Assembly (NCBI RefSeq): GCF_018977255.1
Contig: NW_024704742.1
Location: 15,130,001-15,194,000 of the forward strand
DNA length: 64,000 bases
Direction of reading: 5' to 3'
Source of the DNA: Callorhinchus milii
Lineage: Eukaryota
Of this stretch, positions 39,546 through 51,242 are shown one piece after another (position 1 is the stretch's first letter; each line of letters starts with the position of its first letter). Under the pieces are notes generated by a model. The model was given only the letters and a program-made list of their open reading frames with translations, did not search any database and had not been told where the DNA came from. The position numbers and the translations under genes were made by a program.

Positions 39546-39944
39546 TAAGTAGCGGTGGATCAGATCTGAATTTAGTGAATTAAGTCTTACAAATTTAAGA
39601 TATTTAAGCACTTAAGCAGAATTGTGGGATAATTTTAAGAATTTTCCAAAATTCTGCATATTTAAGAGTTACATGTTTTAACATTGATGCCAGAATAAAG
39701 TCCCTTTTAGCTCAAGGATACGTCTTATAAATACCTGTATATATATATTTTTAAATGTAAGCCATTACAAAATTATGATTATCATCCTATCAGTGTCAGT
39801 ATTGTCAAAGTCTCATATATGTGTATTCATAGAATATAAAATATCACTCTCTTTTCTACATACAGTATCCCATAATGTTTGGTTTTATCTTGAAATGGAA
39901 TTTGTTTAATGTTTTGTCAGTTTAAAATAATTGAACCAGACATT

Positions 39945-40590
39945 TGTTTGGTCCGCCGAGTGTCTGACACAGGCAGAAATCCATCACCATGCTTAATATT
40001 ATCCAAATCAAACAGATTTCCAAACATCCAACCTACATATGGAAATTCCTGTGTATTGGAATGGAATGTGCACTTTCTCCCTGGAGGGATGCATCCTGCT
40101 TATCTAAGCTTGGAGAGAATTCAGGCAAGCTGAAAAGAACCAAGGCCTGGGGAGCCCAGAGAATGCATTAGGGTGCGGGTGTCGTCCAAACAGCTAAAAC
40201 TGCATAGCTTGCCATTGAAAGTGTTGTCTGGCAAGCAATCTCACTGCTAGGACCATCTTATCTGTTAGGGCATAATGCAAAATACTGCAGATGCTGGAAA
40301 TCTGAAACAAAAATAGAAGTCGCTGGGAACACTCAGCAGGTCAGGCAGCATCTTTGGAGAAAGGAAAGTTTGACTCACTTTCCTTTCTCCATAGATGCTG
40401 CCTGACCTGCTGAGTGTTACTAGTAACTTCTGTTTTCTATCTGTTAGGACGTTTGCTTTTGGTATTAAAAGGAACTGAGTGGGAAGAATCCTTGCCCCCA
40501 GTGACTGGTCTGTCTGATTAGGTCCTGCCAATGACCCAGGCTGGCTGAAATACTGAAATACCAGTGCCCTGAAATACTATAGACCCACAA
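39945..40590 (+). repeat. Unclassified interspersed repeat (family X) interrupted by palindromic insertion
   Basis: Collinear with 59480-59965 (gtgtctgacac, ggaatggaatgtgcact, cagctaaaac, ccccagtgactggtctgtc). Confidence 0.82.
40270..40437. mobile_element. Palindromic non-autonomous element with 11-bp TSD (resembles abundant shark Penelope-associated palindromic repeat)
   Basis: TSD tatctgttagg at 40259-40269 and 40438-40448; 42-bp arms 40328-40369 and 40377-40418 with 1 mismatch; related fragment at 50140-50200. Family assignment is from memory. Confidence 0.8.
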
Positions 40591-41788
40591 AGATCAGGAA
40601 ACAGACAACAAAGAAGACCAGGGAGTATAGTAAATCCTGGCATATTACATTCAAGTTAATTCACATGTAAAACAACACCATTCTCAGCCAAATATTAAAA
40701 GAATTGTGTGTGATTTTTTGGGAAAGCTTATGTACGTTCCCAATTTGTATGTTGATCTCTCAAAAGTAATACATAAGCTGGATATTTGGAGTCTAATTAA
40801 AGTTGTCATTCCTTACTTCTGTTGCTAAATTTGAAATAGAATAAAGATGATGAACATAACGGTAACTGCACAGCCAAAGAACAAAGGAGAATTTTGAGCA
40901 GATGTGGATTATGACTAATGTTGTGTGAGATTTCCTGTAGGTGAGGACAGAATTAGGGAGCTTACCATCTCAATATATATTCCTACACTATAAACTCAAG
41001 TTCTGAGAATAGAGAAATTATGTTTTTTTCTCTTGTAAAGCTGTCTCTAAACACCAAAGCACAACATGTGAAGGTTCTAGGGTGACTATTTTAGACATCT
41101 GGGTGTTTTTTTTTAACATATATCAGATTTTTCACTGCTTTTAAAAAATGAGAAGAATTTATTCAAAGAATACTATTCATAATGAAATATTCTTTATGCC
41201 AAGATCTATCTTTCTAAAATTGAATGTAATGCTTTTATTTAGCGTTGCTCTAGTAGATGTCAGGTGATGAAAAACAGACTACCATCCTGCACACTGCTAA
41301 AGAAATTTTAGGGCTCAAAAGGTTACTCCAATTTGCAAGGTTTACCTGTATGTTTATCAGATTGTGCAGCAATTAAGTGCTGTTTCTCTCAAGTTCTTGT
41401 GTGTGTTGCCACTGAGTTCCATCAATGCAGTACTCAAAGGAGTATATCTAATTTGTTGACAAGAATACCTTGTAAACCTTTAGTTCTACTAATACAAAGG
41501 GAAAGAAAACATAAATGACCACAAATGTGTTATCTTTCAGTTAGAAGAGGCACAGAAAGATTAATGTACCCTGGTACAGGGAAGAATGTAGCACAATATC
41601 ATACTTTCATATCATATCTTCCTGTTTTTGATGAGAGACTGGACTGTTGAGCTCCTTTCAGAATGTATTTTAAACTAGTGGAACAGTTACATAAACTATC
41701 CTGCAAGTTAAATGATGTCCAGAAAATTGTTCAGAAAAATCCAGACTCTTTCTAACTGGATGTACATATAGTATAATGCCACACATAT

Positions 41789-42113
41789 AATAAAAATAAT
41801 ATAATAGTCCTTGCATTTCATATAGCACTTTTAAACATCTTCTAGACATCTCAAAGCACTTCACAGAATATACCGTAAAGTGAATTGACTGTATATTTGT
41901 GGGTGAAACGCGGAAGCGAATTGTGCACAGCAGTGTCCCACAAACAGTCGTGGATTGAAGTGACCAGTTTTATTATTGTTTTTTTTTCTTGAGGGATTAT
42001 TATCAGGTGTGTGGAGTAAAGAAAGTTGCCCAAGGTTTCGCCCTGTCAGGAATCGAACCCAAGTCTCTCACTTGCAAGGCATGGGCTCTAACCACTGAGC
42101 TACAGGACTCCAC
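41789..42113 (-). mobile_element. Full-length tRNA-Ala-headed SINE, more diverged subfamily
   Basis: Head gtggagtcctgtagctcagtggttagagc, B box gggttcgattcc, tail; cacatat flanks both ends. Confidence 0.92.
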
Positions 42114-43696
42114 ATATGGTTGAAGACTGCTTGAAAATATAATTGTTGTAGAACTGAAAGGATTTATCTGAATCAATCCTAAAACGAAATATTCAAAATA
42201 TTCTTCTGAAACTTCTGAATCTGTAAACAAATTGTTTGTAGGAATAAGCAGTCAAGACAAGTCCTTGGGTTTGGAGGATTGAAAATTTGGGATTCTGAAT
42301 GCAAATCTAAAGACATCCATATTTTATACCTATTCAAACGGTGAGCTTCCTATCCTTGTTGTATTGCTATCCAAGCTTCTTTGTAGAATAAGTTCATATC
42401 CATGCAAAGAAGCAAATTGCAAAGGGTTTAAATACCACTCTTAACTTTCATAATGTAACTCTATATTTGACATGCTTAAAAAGCTTGAAGAGACAACAGC
42501 CAGTTCAATTTGTCAGTTCAATTGGGATGTATATCATATTAGCAAATTCAAGAGATAGCTAATTGTCAAAGATATTGTTTGAGGATGAGAGATTGAGTAG
42601 CACAGGACATTTTATTCATTTATTTTACTTTGAAGCTAGCAGTAATGATCTGTCCTGGTCCTGTATATTCATATGTTCCTGTGTAGACTTCAAATCCATC
42701 CCAACTTTGATTTTCGTAAACTTATATTTCAGGTGCTTCGAAGTCAGTTCATAGCACAAAGTCCAAATGAACCCTACCAATATTCTGTTGATGGACTGAA
42801 ACCAGACGCACTTGAGCCTTAGCACTTGTACAAGTTGGCTCACTTTCAAATGATCTCATCTCCAAACTCAAAGCTCATGGGTTCTCAGCTTTTCCTAGAG
42901 AACTTGAACTTATACCCGATCTTGAGATCTCCATGCAGGGTTGGTGGGCACCTCATTGCACGAGTTGTTATTCAATTTCATATCTTCCTGTCAGGGTGAA
43001 CACTAAAGACCAGAATACAATTACAGTAAGGTTAGAGACCAATCTGGCCCCATAACCAAAATTCCTCTGACCTTAACCGGTTTCCCAATGAACAACAAAC
43101 TTAGTTCTCTATTGGGCTGCTTTAATTAGAATCAATAAATGTAGAAATATGGCTCCAGAGAAGCCGACAAGAGAATTGTAAACAATTTGAAGGGAGCGGT
43201 GGTCTCTGTTTGTCTTGAGCCAAGCCTAAACCTTTAACCTCAATGAGTTTGCTTATCTCTATTGGCATCCTAAATGACAAGGTTTGGCTGGAGGTCATTC
43301 CTTCAATTAATTATGTGATTTTGACAAGAAGAAAATAGCTAGCAGTGGATATGACCTTGGACTGCAGGGATTGTTAGATTGTTCAGATGTGATTTATTTT
43401 AACATAAACACATATCCTTTTTTTCTACTTTAAAAACTAGTTTCAATTTAGGACCAAGAGTCCTGGATTGTAATCTGATGATTGGAGTACGGATGTTGTT
43501 TTATATAAAAAAAGCTTATCACAAACCTAACAAGCCTAGAAATTATTACAGCTACCGCTTGCCTTCAAAATACACAGTCACAGCTCTTTACAATATATTT
43601 TGTGAAGCGCTTTGAGACGTCTCAACAACATGCAAGGTGCTATATATCAAATGCAAGGATTAGTATAATAAATATTAACCCATGTGCAAGACATAA

Positions 43697-44487
43697 TTGA
43701 GGGCAAATTTCTTACAGTTGAATGTGAACAAGACTGAGGCCCTCCTGATTGGCTCACACCAGCGCCTCTGCACCTCAGGCTCTGGCTGCATCAACCTCCA
43801 GGGTTGCACACTTCAACTCACCAAGCCAGTCAGGAACCTTGGTGTCTTGTTCGACCTTCAACTTTCTTTTCTCCCACACATCCAAGCCATGACCCGCTTT
43901 GCCTTCCCTCACCTCCGTTACATCGCCTGACTCCGCCACTACCTCACTCCTCAGGCCACTGAAACTCTTGTTCATGCCTTCATCACCTCCAGACTTGACT
44001 ACGCAAATGCCCTGCTTGTCCGTGACCCCATCTCCCCCATTCTCGCCCAACTCCATTGGCTCCCTTTCCTTCAGAGGATCCAGTTCAAGATCCTGGTCCT
44101 CACATACAAAGCCCTTCATGGCCTCGCCCCACCCTACCTCCTAACCCACTACCAACCCGCCCGTTCCATCCGCTCAATCGGCTCTGGCCTGCTCCACGTC
44201 CCCTGACCCCCCCCGTTCCATTATTGGCGGGAGAGCCTTCAGCCACTCTGCCCCCAATCTCTGGAATTCCACCCCCCAGTCACTCCGCCTCACCCCCTCC
44301 ATAGCCTCCTTCAAGTCCCGCCTCTAGACCTTCTTCTTCGACCATGCCATCGGCCAACCCCTTCCCCTCCCCTCCCTTCCCACCCCCAACCCCAGCTCAG
44401 GTCTGAAATGCTTTACTCTGTCCAGCGCCTTGGGACGTCCTCCAGACGTGAAAGGTGCTATACAAATGTAATCTTGTTGTTGTTGTT
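43697..44487 (+). mobile_element. L2-clade LINE 3' ~790 bp with an internal deletion
   Basis: ORF 43697-43930 RANFLQLNVNKTEALLIG..VRNLGVLFD; close to reverse complement of 61220-62105; (ttg)n tail. Confidence 0.95.
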
Positions 44488-44589
44488 TCTGAAAAATAAA
44501 ATATAAAGCAGAAAAAGCCTGCATTTTGCACCTAGAAATTCAAATGTTCCCCCACCGCCACATACATGCAGCCACATTTACACTCCCAC

Positions 44590-44850
44590 GCACAGACCCC
44601 AAATGTCAGTTCTTTACGTGTGATCCAACAATGATTAGCAGCAGGCTCTGTCAAACCCAAACATCCCCGTCCACACACATAAACACACAACACAAACATT
44701 CCAGCTGGTGTCTCTGTGTAGTGAACAGGAGTGGAAATCCAGGTTCATTTCCCTTCCCTCAAACCATTGAGGAAAATGGTAGCACAGCTACCACTGCACC
44801 AGCTGAAATCAAACTGGGGGAATCAAACTTGTGATTTTTAATATCTGTGT
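44590..44850 (-). mobile_element. Third tRNA-SINE-like family, diverged
   Basis: Resembles 9413-9605 and 55841-56065 (gtcaaaccc..cacacac..caggagtggaaatccagg..ttcccttccc). Confidence 0.5.
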
Positions 44851-44929
44851 GGCACATTTTTACTTATCCTTAGATTTGTTATTGTGTCAAGGATGTCTCA
44901 AAAGACTTCACAGGATTTGATAGTGAAAA

Positions 44930-45370
44930 GTATCCTTGCATTTGAAATAATATCTTTTACATTTGGAGAATATTTCAAAGCACTTCACAGGATTCACTGT
45001 AAAGTGTAGTTAGGCAAAAAATGGCAGTCAGTTTGTTCACAGCAGTGTTCCACAAACAGCCTTGCAGTGAATGACAAGTCTTATCTGGGGTAGTTGTTAC
45101 CCAGGATATTGCGAGAAACTCACTTCTCTTTCCAAGAAGCACCACGAGATCTTTGACCTGAACAGACAGATGGCCCTCGGTTTAATGTCTCATCTGAAAG
45201 AGCACACCTTTGACAATGCAGAGCTTGCACCAGAACTGTAATGGAGTATCAGCTTAGACAGTGAGTACAACGTCCTGATAAGGGCCTTGGAACGTCCTCC
45301 CGACATGAAAGGCACTATACAAATGTAGCCCTGTTGTTGTTGTTGTTGTGCCCACAGCCTTCTGACTCAG
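44930..45370 (-). mobile_element. Older Deu-domain SINE with a 65-bp L2 tail (45283-45348, plus) inserted in its head
   Basis: Tail atccttgcatttga, body ggtttaatgtctcatctgaaag, head cccacagccttctgactcag; insert gccttggaacgtcctcccgacatgaaaggcactatacaaatg..(ttg)n. Confidence 0.78.
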
Positions 45371-46981
45371 GACTTTCATTGGATACTGGGATTCTGGTTG
45401 CTGTGAGTACAGGAGTGCCGATTTGGACTAATTAGTCAAATTTCTATGCTCGATGGATTGAACATCCAATGTTTGCAAAGGCAATTTAAGGTCCAATTGC
45501 AGAATCTAGGGCGGGTTGAAGGGAGTGGGGTGACAAAGCCATGTAGCAGTCTTTAATTATTGACTTTTTCAATCTCATTTATCAACATTAATTATTGCCG
45601 GTGTACCACAAGTCACAATTTTTAACACCAATAACAAAGAGGGAGAAAACAATGCCCTCTTTTAACCAATATTAGAGACAGAGATGGCTACTGATTAGCC
45701 TGACCAGAACTTTGGTAGCAATGACAGCTGGTCTACTTAAAAGTATAAATTGCAGATACCAGTGGAAACAGTTTTGATACTCGCCTCCGCAAGCCACACT
45801 GATGAAAATTGGCCCGGACATATGGAACAGTTTATCAGAGTATTTCTTTTCTCAGTTTTTTTTTAAATGGCCACTTTAAAAAAAAGCCAAAATTGCCTCA
45901 GACCTACTGATGTTTCTATCACACAGAATCACTTTGACTATGATAAGAAAGCTCCTGACTGGAAGCCGAACTCTCATTTCTTTCCCCCTCCTTCTTCATT
46001 TCACAGATGTCTGCAGAATTAGATGTCTAATGCTTACCGCATGTTTGCCTCTTTGACATGGGAGGGGTACCAGTGGACAGTAACCATTACCACATATAAA
46101 AGTATCAATCTATAGTTTACCTAAAATTAAAGACGTGTTATTTCAGGACAGATCTTCAAACTCCAATACCTCCCAGGGCTGCCATTCACTGCAAAGATTC
46201 TTCAAGGCATCGTTGAGCACTGACCTTTGCTTCGTAGCGATTAGTAGCACTCACAATTTGGAGAAGGGCAGAGAGATGAAAAGAAAGAATATTATCTTAA
46301 ATACAAGTGCAAAGCATCTAACAGGTGGCATAGACCATGGGTTTACATGGGTAGCATTTGAATTGCTCCCACCTGGTGACACAAAGCTCTCCTATTCCCA
46401 ACGTTCAGCAGATGGGTCTGAATTTGTTTTATACAAAAACGAATTGCAATCATTTCTAATGAGCTCTTTCAAGTATAGTCTAAGCAATTCCTCATGGTCA
46501 ACATGTGATCTTACTTGGGCAGGTTGGAGACATGCCGGTACGTCACTCCACTCGCAAGTCTGAGCAAATCTGTATTGCAGTGGTCCAGTGAGCACATGAA
46601 TTGCAAGTGTGTCAGAGACGTCACAAACCTTTTTCATGATTATTTCATGCCAAGCGGGCACTTCAATGTGCTGCACTGGTGTTTCTTTAAAGGGCCACTG
46701 CCAATATGAATAAAAGGAAAGTTCTTTTGTAAAAACATTTCACAAGTTAACAACAGGAATATGCAGTGATACAAATTAATTCAAAATTGACGACGAGTCA
46801 AAGGGACTCCCTCCCCAAATGGAATGAATTTTCCACTTGAAGTATAATCTTTGCCTTTGATATAGCGTCTACAACTTTAAAACACTTAATTGGGAATTTC
46901 TGTAAACTGTAGGTACTTTGTATTTATAGGTTTGCATAGCTTATAGTCCCACCAACAGCTATGAAACAAAAGAACAACTTT

Positions 46982-47308
46982 TAATAATAATAATAATAAT
47001 AATCCTTGCATTTGATATAGTGCTTTTCATGTCGGGAGGACGTCCCAAAACGCTTCACAGAACACACTGTAAAGTGAATTGACTGTATATTTGTGGGCGA
47101 ACGCGGCAGCCAATTGCGCACAGCAATGTCCCACAAACAGTCGTAGATTGAAAATGACCAATTTATTATTGTTTGTGGTTTTGGAGGGATTATTATTAGG
47201 CGTGTGGAGTAAGGAAACTTGCCCAAGGTTTCGCCCTCTGCCTGGAATTGAACTCAGGTCTCTCACTTGCAAAGTGAGTGCTCTAACCACTGAGCTACAG
47301 GACTCCAC
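46982..47308 (-). mobile_element. Full-length young tRNA-Ala-headed SINE
   Basis: A box tagctcagtgg, anticodon arm ctcac-tttgcaa-gtgag (TGC), B box gagttcaattcc, L2-like stem-loop, (TTA)n; very similar to 29407-29735. Confidence 0.95.
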
Positions 47309-47550
47309 CTGGAGGATTGCTGGGCAGGGCGCTGGGAGAAATTCTCTTCTCGATTTGAATAATATGATTGAATCTTTAACATCGGCATGAACAGGAAGAA
47401 GAGACCTCTGGGAAAAAATAAGCTTTTTTGCTTTTTATATAGCACTGATTTACTATACAACAATACAGCAATTTTTTTTATGGAAAACTGTGGGATTGGA
47501 GATAAGAAATAAAAATTGCAGTTTTTCAAGCTATGGAAAGGCTCATGCCA

Positions 47551-48180
47551 TTGGCGTTCATTGCAAAATGGTTAGAGTACAAGAGTAGGGAAGTCTTGCT
47601 GCAGTTGTATAAGGCCTTGGTGAGACCACACCTAGAATATTGTGTGCAGTTTTGGTCTCCTTATTTAAGAAAGGACATACTCGCCTTAGAGGGGGTGCAG
47701 CGTAGATTCACTAGGTTGGTTTCTGGGATGAGGGAGTTGACCTATGAGGATAGGTTGAGTAAACTAGGCCTATATTCTCTAGAATATAGAAGAATTAGAG
47801 GTGATCTTATAGAAACCTATAAGATTCTTAAAGGTCTTGACAGGATAGATGCCATGAGACTGTTTCCCCTGGTTGGAGAATCTAAAACTAGGGGTTATAG
47901 TCTCAAGATTAAGGGTCAGCCTTTTCAAATTGAGTTGAGGAAACATTTCTTCACTCAGAGGGTAGTGAATTTGTGGAATTCTCTACCCCAGAAGACTGTG
48001 GATGCTCAGTCCTTGAACATATTCAAGACTGAGGTTGATAGATTTCTAAAGAGGGATTAAGTGATATGGGGATACAGCGGGTAAATGGAATTAGGTTAGA
48101 AGATCAGCCATGATCTTACTAAATGGCAGGGCAGGCTCAAGAGGCAGAATGGCCTACTCCTGCTCCTACGTCTTATGGTC
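47551..48180 (+). mobile_element. CR1-clade LINE 3' ~630 bp with open ORF2 C-terminus
   Basis: ORF 47533-48060 [56 protein letters not shown]; 3' UTR ggcctactcctgctcct; same family as 29243-30671. Confidence 0.96.
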
Positions 48181-49814
48181 TAGTTTATTTTATAATATGA
48201 TTGTTATAAATTCCTTTACTTTTTAAAGAAAAAATAGAATGATATAATTTGAATTGAATTGTATATCATTGAGCTGTGGGAATTAAATTGTTTTGTTGGA
48301 AGACTACATTATGAGAAAATTATAGTCAGTGACACTAAATCCTTCCACATTGTTTGATTCATATATAAAGCTGGGCAATTAAAACTAAATTGCTGAAAGC
48401 TGGATATAAATGTCAGTTTTTAAAAGAAAACAATATAGGTGTTCAGATTGCTTCTGTTCCTTCTGACACAGCGACAGGATCATTCCTTTTTAAGTACAAT
48501 ATCATAGAATACACTAAATATTTTATGGAGTTGTCATATGTATCATAAATACTGAACCTTAGGTATTAAACGCTTGAAACATTGCAACCCACTGTAACAC
48601 AAGTGGCTCGCGATGTATTAAGTAGTGAATCCATTTGGTGTAGAGAAATATAATGAAACCTCTTTGCTTCAAATAGCAAGAACCACAGAGCAATTGAACT
48701 GTTGAAGTTCTGATCCATGTTTCCTTCTCAATCATCTTCAGTATTTTAAGAGCATTTTCTTTTACCCTTACATTCACAAATGCATGTAGCGTCATGGGCA
48801 GACTGAAATTATACCAATGCATGGACACAAATTTAAACAACTTCATTCTAAGATTATTCTTGGTTAGGACAATAGAGCTAAAGTAAAATTGATAATATGG
48901 AAATTAAATATTGCAGTACAAGCACACTATGGCTTAAATTCATCCATTTTGCGGTTAATTCTGGTCAGCTTGACCTATTACAAATTGTTGGTACTAAGAA
49001 GAAGTCTGATCCTGGAGGAGCAGTGGTGGGCTCTGTGTTCCCAGCCAATTCTAGGGAGATTCAGAACCTTTCACATTTAAAGCTTTTAACTCACAGTCTA
49101 GGCTGACATGCCAGTGTAGTGTGGCACTGTGCTGCATTGTTCAAAGTGGAGGATGAGATGAGGATCTGTCGGTTCAGATGGTTGCATATTGTCAGCTGCA
49201 TTCACGTTCATTAACTACCCTTTACAGCAAGTCCTGTGAAGCATTTTCAGATGTGCATTTGATTTGATTTGATTTGAAAAGTGCTAAATCAATGTAGTGA
49301 TTATCATTTGTATTATTATTCATGCACTGGTTTAGTGGCTTGTGTTGTTGAGATTAGTCTTCAACTTTGCAAATTTCCAACTTTTAAGGATTACAAATGC
49401 ACAGAAACAAAAATTGCAGATAATCCAACATTTATAATTTAACCACTCTATACTTTCCCTGCTCCTAAAAGTTGAATGCTAAAATGCTATGTGTTACTAA
49501 GTAATTCTTACAAGAGAAGTAGCAACCAACTCAATTGACTAGTACCATAAATAAACCATTGTGTGACAACGTGTTTCGAAGTGCAGTAACAGAGCCAAGG
49601 ATTTTTCCTGCGATTAGTTATTTATATTGGTCACAGATAAAACAAGTCCTTTACCAATGTGTGATCTAAGACGTGTAGCCACCACTAACCATAGAATTAG
49701 ATCCATTGGCTGTGCGATCAAAGCAGAACTACATTGGCCAAGATGGATAAAAATGATTCAAGACCCATTTTGTAAAGTGTTCTTTGAAAATCTTATCTAA
49801 AAATGGGCTCATCA

Positions 49815-50520
49815 CATTCAAAAGAGAAGTGGACAAATATAGGGTCTGAGTGAGGGAATGGCAGGTGGAATTTAATGTGGATAAATGTAACGTAAAGTGG
49901 GTCAGTAGAGGAAACAGGAAACATATGCACTGAATAGCAAAGTATTCATTGGCAAAGGTAAAAAAACAGTTTCAGTGTGATTCTTCACTTTAGTGATGTT
50001 GGATATAGAGTACTTAGGTTTAAAATGCTTTGAATATATATTTTATGCCAACTTTTATTTACACCTGAAGATTTGTTTTTGGAGCACAGAAGAAGGACAT
50101 TCAGCCCATTGTGTAAGTGTCACCTTGACACCTTCAGACAACATGCTGTGGATTTCCAGCGTGTTCTTGTTTTTGTTCAGATTTCCAGGAGCTGTAGTTC
50201 TTTTTCCATATACGATCCGTGTACTTCATTATATGATCTTTCTCAGTCATCCTCATCTTCTCTATTCTTTCCTGAGCAATAATTTCTACATCTCACCACA
50301 TTAACTATTCAATATTAGACTGTTGCTATTGATGGATTATTCCCTCAACGTTGAACATCCAATCTATTCATTGAATTTTGCGCACCACCCCAATATGAAA
50401 GGATTTCCTTTGGAAGGACAGAGGTTTAGAATTTGAAAAGGACAATTTCAGAATAGACACCAGGAAGTGTTTCTTTCCCCAGAAGGTAATTAGTGACTGG
50501 AACAGGTCCCCAAGATGAGG
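49815..50520 (+). mobile_element. Very old CR1 remnants (two pieces, about 49815-49930 and 50410-50520)
   Basis: tggcaggtggaatttaatgtggataaatgt (WQVEFNVDKC) and ttctttccccagaaggtaattagtgactggaac (FFPQKVISDWN). Confidence 0.6.
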
Positions 50521-51137
50521 TCAGGACACTGGACAGCTCAAACAGATAAAGGTTGTCCTTGTGCCCCAGGGGTGGCTTAATGAATTGTCAGGTCTGGTTG
50601 GCAGTGAAGCAAAGTGACAAATATTCTCTAATAGATACAATTGCGGTGGAAAGAAAAATGGAGAGATGGCGTAATTCTATGCCACCTGTTTTTAGAACTT
50701 GCTCATTTTCTATTGTATAATGTTCTGCAAATATGCCACTATACTTTCAAATATTTTATATTAAGTGCAAATTAAATATACTATACAATTATTTTTAGGT
50801 CTCAGCTCCATACAGAATACTGTGTAGAACATCTTGGCGCTGCGGGAGATTTATTTATCATTAAGTTTATAACTATGAATCATCTTTGAGCATCAAATAA
50901 AACACACATGCTGAAACAGATACAGGATTTAATGATATAACGAAACTAATGAAAAAACAAGTTTCACAAACCTATTGAGCCATTTTCTATCTGACTACAA
51001 TTTCAAAATACCAAGAGAGTGCATTTTACAATAACAATTTGCATTTATAGAGCTTCCCTCATACAAACAGGGTCAGAAAATAAGCAACTCAGAGCCCTTG
51101 TCTTACAATAAGCTTGTAATAGTGCAAGAAATTACAT

Positions 51138-51242
51138 TTCCCTCCTTCTCCCCCTGGCTCGGGGTCAGACTCTGCTACTGTGAAGCACTCCGGGACGCTA
51201 CCCCATGTGAAGGGCACTATATAAATGCAAGTTGTTGTTGTT
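51138..51242 (+). mobile_element. L2-clade LINE extreme 3' end
   Basis: ccccctggctcggggtcagactc as at 20340-20362; atataaatgcaagttgttgttgtt. Confidence 0.8.

Noticed and set aside
46135..46709. Overlapping ORFs of 142, 94 and 64 aa and a tttcag acceptor-like site
   Set aside because: No recognisable protein motif in any frame and no convincing donor; compatible with chance in unique DNA
47235..47308. tRNA-Ala gene
   Set aside because: No proper acceptor stem or terminator; it continues into a SINE body and is repeated at 29735 and 42113
47533..48060. 175-aa open ORF as a host gene
   Set aside because: It is the CR1 ORF2 C-terminus of a 5'-truncated insertion; the start codon comes from flanking DNA
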